From: a virus
Taxonomy: Duplodnaviria; Caudoviricetes
Reading direction: 5' to 3' (one strand)
DNA: 40,168 nt
Virus record (IMG/VR): IMGVR_UViG_3300010052_000158
Coordinates: 1-40,168 of that record
Each line of letters opens with the position of its first letter. Within the stretch, counting starts at the first letter, position 1. Below, piece after piece: positions 35,618 to 40,168 of this stretch. The notes beneath the pieces are model-generated. The model did no database searches. It saw nothing but the letters and a program-made list of their open reading frames with translations, and had not been told where the DNA came from. The position numbers and the translations under genes were made by a program.

Positions 35618-36687
35618 TGGCAGACAAGACAGCTATCGAGTGGTGCGACGCCACGCTCAATCTCTGGTGGGGCTGCACGAAGGTCAGCGACGGGTGCAAG
35701 TTCTGCTACGCCGAGCAACTCAGCGACCAGCGTTTCGAAAAGGGTGCTTGGGGGCCTGGCGGCATTCGCACCGAGGTCAAGTCATGGCGCTCGACGCTCA
35801 ACAAGGTCAGTCAGCGGGCCAAGGCCGAAGGGCGACGGCTCCGGGTGTTCTGCCAGAGCATGAGCGACACCTTCGAGGGGTCTGATACCTGCGGCGGACG
35901 AGACTCGGATAACTGGCAGTTAATGCAGTTTCTTCGGTTTGAGTTGCTACGATTGATCGGGCAACACCCAGAGCTTGACTTCCTGCTCTTGACCAAGCGG
36001 CCCGAGAATGTCGTTGAGCATGTATTCGACTTCTTGGGCGTCGTTGGCGTCGGTGCTGGTTGGTGCAACGGATACCCGTCCAACCTCTGGATCGGCACCA
36101 GCGTCGAGGATCAGAAGACCGCCGACGAGCGGATACCGCACCTGCTGAAGATTCCAGCGGCGGTTCGGTTCCTGTCGTGCGAGCCTCTGCTTGGGCCGGT
36201 GGACTTGTCCGACATCACTCAATCAGACTGCAACACGGGCTTCGATCCTCTTACCGGGCGGATGTGGGGCGGCATTCCTGGTGGCGAAGATCATTTCCCT
36301 GATCAGCGCATCCATTGGGTGATCTGCGGCGGCGAGAGCGGCCCACACGCAAGGCCGATGCATCCCGATTGGGCGCGGTCGCTCCGTGACCAGTGCCAAG
36401 CCGCGGGGGTGCCGTTCCTGTTCAAGCAGTGGGGCGAATATCATCCCCGTCTAGAACATGGGGTCTGGCCGGACACTCGAAACGGCGATTGCGACCACCT
36501 TCCAAGCGTTCACCTGTATCCAGGAGGCGAGGTCTATTCTCAGCGGCTAGTGATGGAAGGGAAGGCCCCGTCCAAGTTCAACCCTGCAGGGCTCTCACCA
36601 GCGAACATGAAGCGTGTCGGCAAGAAGCGAGCGGGGCGCGTCCTCGACGGGCGGACGTGGGATGAGTTCCCCGGGGTGACCGCGTGA
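35617..36687 (+). CDS. Phage Gp37/Gp68 (DUF5131) family protein
   Basis: TAIEWCD, GCTKVSDGCKFCYA, LLLTKRP, FLSCEPLLG, WVICGGESG, FKQWG. Confidence 0.9.
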   Translation: MADKTAIEWCDATLNLWWGCTKVSDGCKFCYAEQLSDQRFEKGAWGPGGIRTEVKSWRSTLNKVSQRAKAEGRRLRVFCQSMSDTFEGSDTCGGRDSDNWQLMQFLRFELLRLIGQHPELDFLLLTKRPENVVEHVFDFLGVVGVGAGWCNGYPSNLWIGTSVEDQKTADERIPHLLKIPAAVRFLSCEPLLGPVDLSDITQSDCNTGFDPLTGRMWGGIPGGEDHFPDQRIHWVICGGESGPHARPMHPDWARSLRDQCQAAGVPFLFKQWGEYHPRLEHGVWPDTRNGDCDHLPSVHLYPGGEVYSQRLVMEGKAPSKFNPAGLSPANMKRVGKKRAGRVLDGRTWDEFPGVTA

Positions 36688-36866
36688 GCAAACAACCAGA
36701 CCCCACGGCATTCGACCGCGGCTACCTGTGCGGGCTCATCCACGGCATGGGCGACACCGAGAAGGTGCGCGCGCTTATGGAAGCGACGCTCAAGCAGGAG
36801 CCAAGTCTCCCGGCTGAGTATTGGCGCGAGCGGTTCGAAGAGGCGGTGAAGGAGCGGGTGAAGTGA
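36684..36866 (+). CDS. Hypothetical protein
   Basis: GTGA-coupled. Confidence 0.55.
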   Translation: MSKQPDPTAFDRGYLCGLIHGMGDTEKVRALMEATLKQEPSLPAEYWRERFEEAVKERVK

Positions 36867-37264
36867 ACACCGATCTTCGCAATGCCAAAGAAGTCGATGC
36901 GATCAAGGGCGATCTCAGCCGCATGATTGCATTGACCGGCGACGTGATCGCAGAAGCGCAGAGGCTACAGCGCGCCCTCAAGGCTGCGATCGAGGGCATC
37001 GACGGCACCATGCGTCCGATCGAAGCATTCCGTGAGTTCCTATCGAAGCAGGTTGGGCCGTTCCACATCCAGGAGGCCCGCGATTACGTTTACGCACGGG
37101 TGACTAACCGCCCGGGCACTGGCACCCTGAACGTGATGCTTTTCAACGCAGAGAAGAAGGGGACCGTGCGCCGCGTCACGGGCCGCGAGGACCCACGAAG
37201 GCCAGGGGCTGGGAAGTTCCGCACCGGCTGGTACGAGGTTGTGAAGGAGGAATCAACGAAGTGA
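36863..37264 (+). CDS. Hypothetical protein (coiled coil plus possible winged helix)
   Basis: GTG 36863 overlapping upstream stop. Confidence 0.55.
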   Translation: MNTDLRNAKEVDAIKGDLSRMIALTGDVIAEAQRLQRALKAAIEGIDGTMRPIEAFREFLSKQVGPFHIQEARDYVYARVTNRPGTGTLNVMLFNAEKKGTVRRVTGREDPRRPGAGKFRTGWYEVVKEESTK

Positions 37265-37662
37265 AAGTAAGTTCAAACAGACCGGGAAGCGTCGAAATGC
37301 AGATCGACATCAGCGTTCCGAAGCATGTCGTCGAGCAATGCCGCGCCCTGGTCGCTAAGATAGTTCCGATCCGGCCAGTCGGAACGCTTTACCCTGTCGT
37401 TTCCAATGGGGTTTGGATTGGTGACTACATCGTAAACCTGAACGATGGCACAGCGGCAACGCTTATGTGGGAGACGGTCTGCTACCACAGCGACGGAACG
37501 AGAACCTACCCGCGGCCTAACAAGTTGATCGAAATGAAATCCGCAGGCGCGATCCATTGCCGGTTCATCCAAGATCACTACTTCGAGATCCCGTGCCCGC
37601 ATTGCGACGGCACCGGAGTGGCTTGTAACTTCGAGCCCGAGTTCCCGGAGGTGCCGAAGTGA
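37261..37662 (+). CDS. Hypothetical protein with CPHCDGTG motif
   Basis: AAGGAGG SD; CxxCxGxG zinc motif. Confidence 0.6.
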   Translation: MKVSSNRPGSVEMQIDISVPKHVVEQCRALVAKIVPIRPVGTLYPVVSNGVWIGDYIVNLNDGTAATLMWETVCYHSDGTRTYPRPNKLIEMKSAGAIHCRFIQDHYFEIPCPHCDGTGVACNFEPEFPEVPK

Positions 37663-37937
37663 GCAAACCACTTTGGCACAACCACAAGCCGTATCAGAAG
37701 GAACTTTACAAGCTGGCCTTGAAGCGCGGGGTTTCGAAGGACGCTGCGGAGTATCTAGCCATCTCGATCGCGGGGCTACCCAGTGGAACGATCGAGCCTA
37801 CCGAAATCGGCGGCTATCGCCGGATTCTTAAGAACGGCCTGGTGCGAGCCGGGCTAATCGAGATCCGCGAGCTTTACGTCGGACTTCGCATCTTCTGGTT
37901 CTACCCAGAGGAACTTAAAGCAAGGGGGATTGAATGA
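37659..37937 (+). CDS. Hypothetical protein
   Basis: GGAGG SD, GTGA-coupled. Confidence 0.55.
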   Translation: MSKPLWHNHKPYQKELYKLALKRGVSKDAAEYLAISIAGLPSGTIEPTEIGGYRRILKNGLVRAGLIEIRELYVGLRIFWFYPEELKARGIE

Positions 37938-38509
37938 ACTGGTTGTTTATCGCATTGTCCGGCGTAGCCGGGGCCGGGCTGACCTTCACGGGTTGGTACT
38001 TCGGCTACTGGAAAGGCCGCATGGAGGGCGAAATGGGCGGGTGCGCCGAGTGCGGCTCGTGTGGGCATTCCGGATGCTGCAACGGCAACACCTGCAAGGT
38101 CATGAAGTGCAAATACGGCGGCATGTACGACCAGGACCTAAGCGACACCTACGACCGCGTGTTCTTCTTGGAGAAGGCACTCAATCAGGCGATCAGGCTC
38201 GGCGACATCAAAGCAGAGGACATCCGAGAAGACTTCGACAGCGTGACGCCGCACTGCGTGTCTGGGAAGGGCGAGTGCGCATCGCCTTACATGCACGAAC
38301 TCCGCGAGTATCTGGAGTCAATCCGACCGAAGTACATCACAGGTGACCGCGTTCTTTGCCACATGGCCCCGATCGATCAGGTCTACACGATCCAGGACAG
38401 TTGCCGAGTCGGCGATAAGTGGATCTACGACATCGGCGACGGGTGCGGACTTGACTACGACGAAGAAGATATCGACCCAGAACCAACCCACAAGGAGGGT
38501 AACAACTAA
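37934..38509 (+). CDS. Membrane-anchored Cys-rich hypothetical protein
   Basis: N-terminal hydrophobic helix; CAECGSCGHSGCC. Confidence 0.6.
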   Translation: MNWLFIALSGVAGAGLTFTGWYFGYWKGRMEGEMGGCAECGSCGHSGCCNGNTCKVMKCKYGGMYDQDLSDTYDRVFFLEKALNQAIRLGDIKAEDIREDFDSVTPHCVSGKGECASPYMHELREYLESIRPKYITGDRVLCHMAPIDQVYTIQDSCRVGDKWIYDIGDGCGLDYDEEDIDPEPTHKEGNN

Positions 38510-38928
38510 TGGAAGCAAAGCAACTAGAACCGCACGAGATCCGCGATCAGATCGCGAAGTTCCGCCAGCAGAGGGCACTCAAGCTCTTCGACTGGCTGGA
38601 GGAGACCCCATTCAACAGCTTGACCGTCAAGGAGTGCTTCAGAGAGGAGAATGGCGACGACGGCGAAAGTATCTGGGTTGGCACCGGCGAATACGAGGCG
38701 TCGCTCAGGGTCACTTTCCTTGGCAACGCTTTCCAGCCGGACAAGGACGTCACGTTCAAGTCTCGCCCGCACAAGCAGCCAGCCTATGCCATCGAGGAAT
38801 GCATCAAGCAGTTCGAGGGCTATCGCGCTAAGCAAAGGCTGGACGACTTCCTGCTCACGAACCCGAAGGCGTCGCTGGCGCTGATCGAGCTGCTCGGCGA
38901 CAAGGCCGAAGAGGAGCCGACAGTCTAG
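38509..38928 (+). CDS. Hypothetical protein
   Basis: AAGGAGG SD. Confidence 0.65.
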   Translation: MEAKQLEPHEIRDQIAKFRQQRALKLFDWLEETPFNSLTVKECFREENGDDGESIWVGTGEYEASLRVTFLGNAFQPDKDVTFKSRPHKQPAYAIEECIKQFEGYRAKQRLDDFLLTNPKASLALIELLGDKAEEEPTV

Positions 38929-38931
38929 CCT

Positions 38932-39279
38932 ATGGTCGAACTGCCCATCTGCGCGTCGGTTCTCAGCAGTGAGACCGGGTTGCCTCTCCCGAAGGCCGTG
39001 AGCCTCATTGAGAGAATGCGGCGCGCTGGGCTGACTGTCTACCACTCGAAGACGCACCTGGTTTTTCGGGAGGACGTGGCGACGTTCTTGCGAAACTCGC
39101 CAAAATGCGCCCATGAAGACGCGGCACCACCCGAAGAGGAACCTCTACGAAACGAGGGTGACCGTCAACGGCGAGCGGAAGAGCTTCTACGGCAAATCCA
39201 TCAACGAAGCGGAAGAAAAAGCCGTCGAGCACCTCGAAAGCCTAGCCTCTCCGTCGTTGAAGGAGCTAACCTTGGCTGA
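38932..39279 (+). CDS. Putative excisionase/HTH protein
   Basis: Immediately upstream of and overlapping integrase; basic; LVFREDVATFL. Confidence 0.45.
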   Translation: MVELPICASVLSSETGLPLPKAVSLIERMRRAGLTVYHSKTHLVFREDVATFLRNSPKCAHEDAAPPEEEPLRNEGDRQRRAEELLRQIHQRSGRKSRRAPRKPSLSVVEGANLG

Positions 39280-40168
39280 GTTCTACGCGCGCGCCTACCT
39301 ACCCACCGTCAAGGGTCATTCGCTCAAGTGGCGTCAGCAGATCGACTGGGCATGGGGCAAGGTGCCGGACCGCATCAAGCACCGCCCCATCAAGGACATC
39401 ACGCGCCAGGAGTTGCAGGTGTTCTTCAACGGGCTGAAACTCGGCCGTACCAGCGTCGGCCACGTCCGAAGGGTGCTACATGCGGTCTTTGGTCTTGCCG
39501 AAGCCGACGACCTGGTGAGCCGCAACCCGATCCGCGCGATCAAGCTGGCACCGAACCGCACCGCGAAGATACAGCCGTACACAGCCGAAGAGCTGCGCCG
39601 CCTGATCGACGCCGCCGATGGCATGGCTTGCCGAAACGCCGTTGTTCTGGCTGGGCTCTTGGGGCTGAGGCGCGGGGAGTGCCTCGGGCTGATGTGGAGC
39701 GACATCAGAGGCGGGAAGGTCTACGTCGAGCGCCAGTTAACCGGGCCGTTGAAAACGGCCAGCAGCCGCCGAGCGATCCCGCTGCCGGCGGGCCTGGTGC
39801 TCACGCCGAACGATACGCCCTACGTGGTCGAAGTCCGCAACGAGCGCAACCTGAGCGGCTACGCGAGCGACGAGCGGGGTACGGGCCGGGGGTACGCCCG
39901 CGCCGTCGAGAAAGCGGGGCTCGAACACAAGCCGTTTCACTCGCTTCGCAAGAGCTGCGCGACCGAGCTAGAACGAGCAGGATGCCCGCAGGGGCTTATC
40001 TCTGCGATTCTTGGGCACTCAGGCGGCGGCGTTACCCGGCTTTACATCCACAACGACGCCGAGATGATGAGGCACTACTTGGAAGCGGTTTGTCTAGCAG
40101 TGACCGGGGTACACCGTGGGGTACAGGGTCGGGGCGAACTGCCCGCGAATGGGGAGGAATCAGCTTGA
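39113..40168 (+). CDS. int: Tyrosine integrase
   Basis: GLRRGE (R), LKT (K), FHSLRK (HxxR), LGH, TRLY (Y); N-terminal arm-binding ERKSFYGK. Confidence 0.93.
   Translation: MKTRHHPKRNLYETRVTVNGERKSFYGKSINEAEEKAVEHLESLASPSLKELTLAEFYARAYLPTVKGHSLKWRQQIDWAWGKVPDRIKHRPIKDITRQELQVFFNGLKLGRTSVGHVRRVLHAVFGLAEADDLVSRNPIRAIKLAPNRTAKIQPYTAEELRRLIDAADGMACRNAVVLAGLLGLRRGECLGLMWSDIRGGKVYVERQLTGPLKTASSRRAIPLPAGLVLTPNDTPYVVEVRNERNLSGYASDERGTGRGYARAVEKAGLEHKPFHSLRKSCATELERAGCPQGLISAILGHSGGGVTRLYIHNDAEMMRHYLEAVCLAVTGVHRGVQGRGELPANGEESA
39876..40125 (+). repeat. Two pairs of GGGGTAC(G/A) direct repeats inside int
   Basis: GGGGTACG at 39876 and 39889; GGGGTACA at 40106 and 40118. Confidence 0.75.

Larger units (their letters stand above)
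1..40168. mobile_element. Temperate siphovirus-like phage/prophage, near complete
   Basis: Full head, tail, lysis, replication, immunity, recombination and integration modules; no host genes seen. Confidence 0.95.

Noticed and set aside
1-40168. CRISPR array, DGR/retron reverse transcriptase, tail sheath, stop-codon recoding
   Set aside because: No repeat-spacer array, RT motifs or sheath gene seen; genes tile normally under the standard code

Overview
The window is almost a complete temperate phage/prophage (GC-rich, siphovirus-like, lambda-like gene order). It is truncated on the left inside a tail gene and ends on the right at the integrase stop codon. The minus strand (28826 to 1) carries Cro-like regulator, RusA, HNH, replication initiator, a cyclic-phosphate-processing receiver-like protein, a ~500-nt non-coding interval containing a tRNA(CAU), lysis genes, terminase, SPP1-type portal, minor head protein, scaffold, major capsid, head-tail joining genes, tail tube, frameshifted tail chaperone, tape measure, a moron and tail-tip/fibre genes. 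The plus strand (28887 to 40168) carries a CI/LexA-type repressor, an SMC/Rad50-like ATPase, RecT and an MBL hydrolase, accessory genes (clamp-like, RlpA-like, J-domain, Gp37/Gp68) and a tyrosine integrase. The best novelty candidate is 23023-23530 (minus strand): a continuous run of hairpins whose G-U pairs work only on the minus strand, with an embedded atypical tRNA, a pseudoknot domain and a kissing-loop pair, next to the receiver-like gene. Also notable are a tail tube with a nested A-A'-B-B' duplication, a tail beta-propeller gene apparently split by an inserted cassette, leaderless promoters with a readable operator, and paired repeats inside the integrase. All family calls come from motif recognition by eye and all RNA folds were done by hand; no searches were run and the host is unknown.
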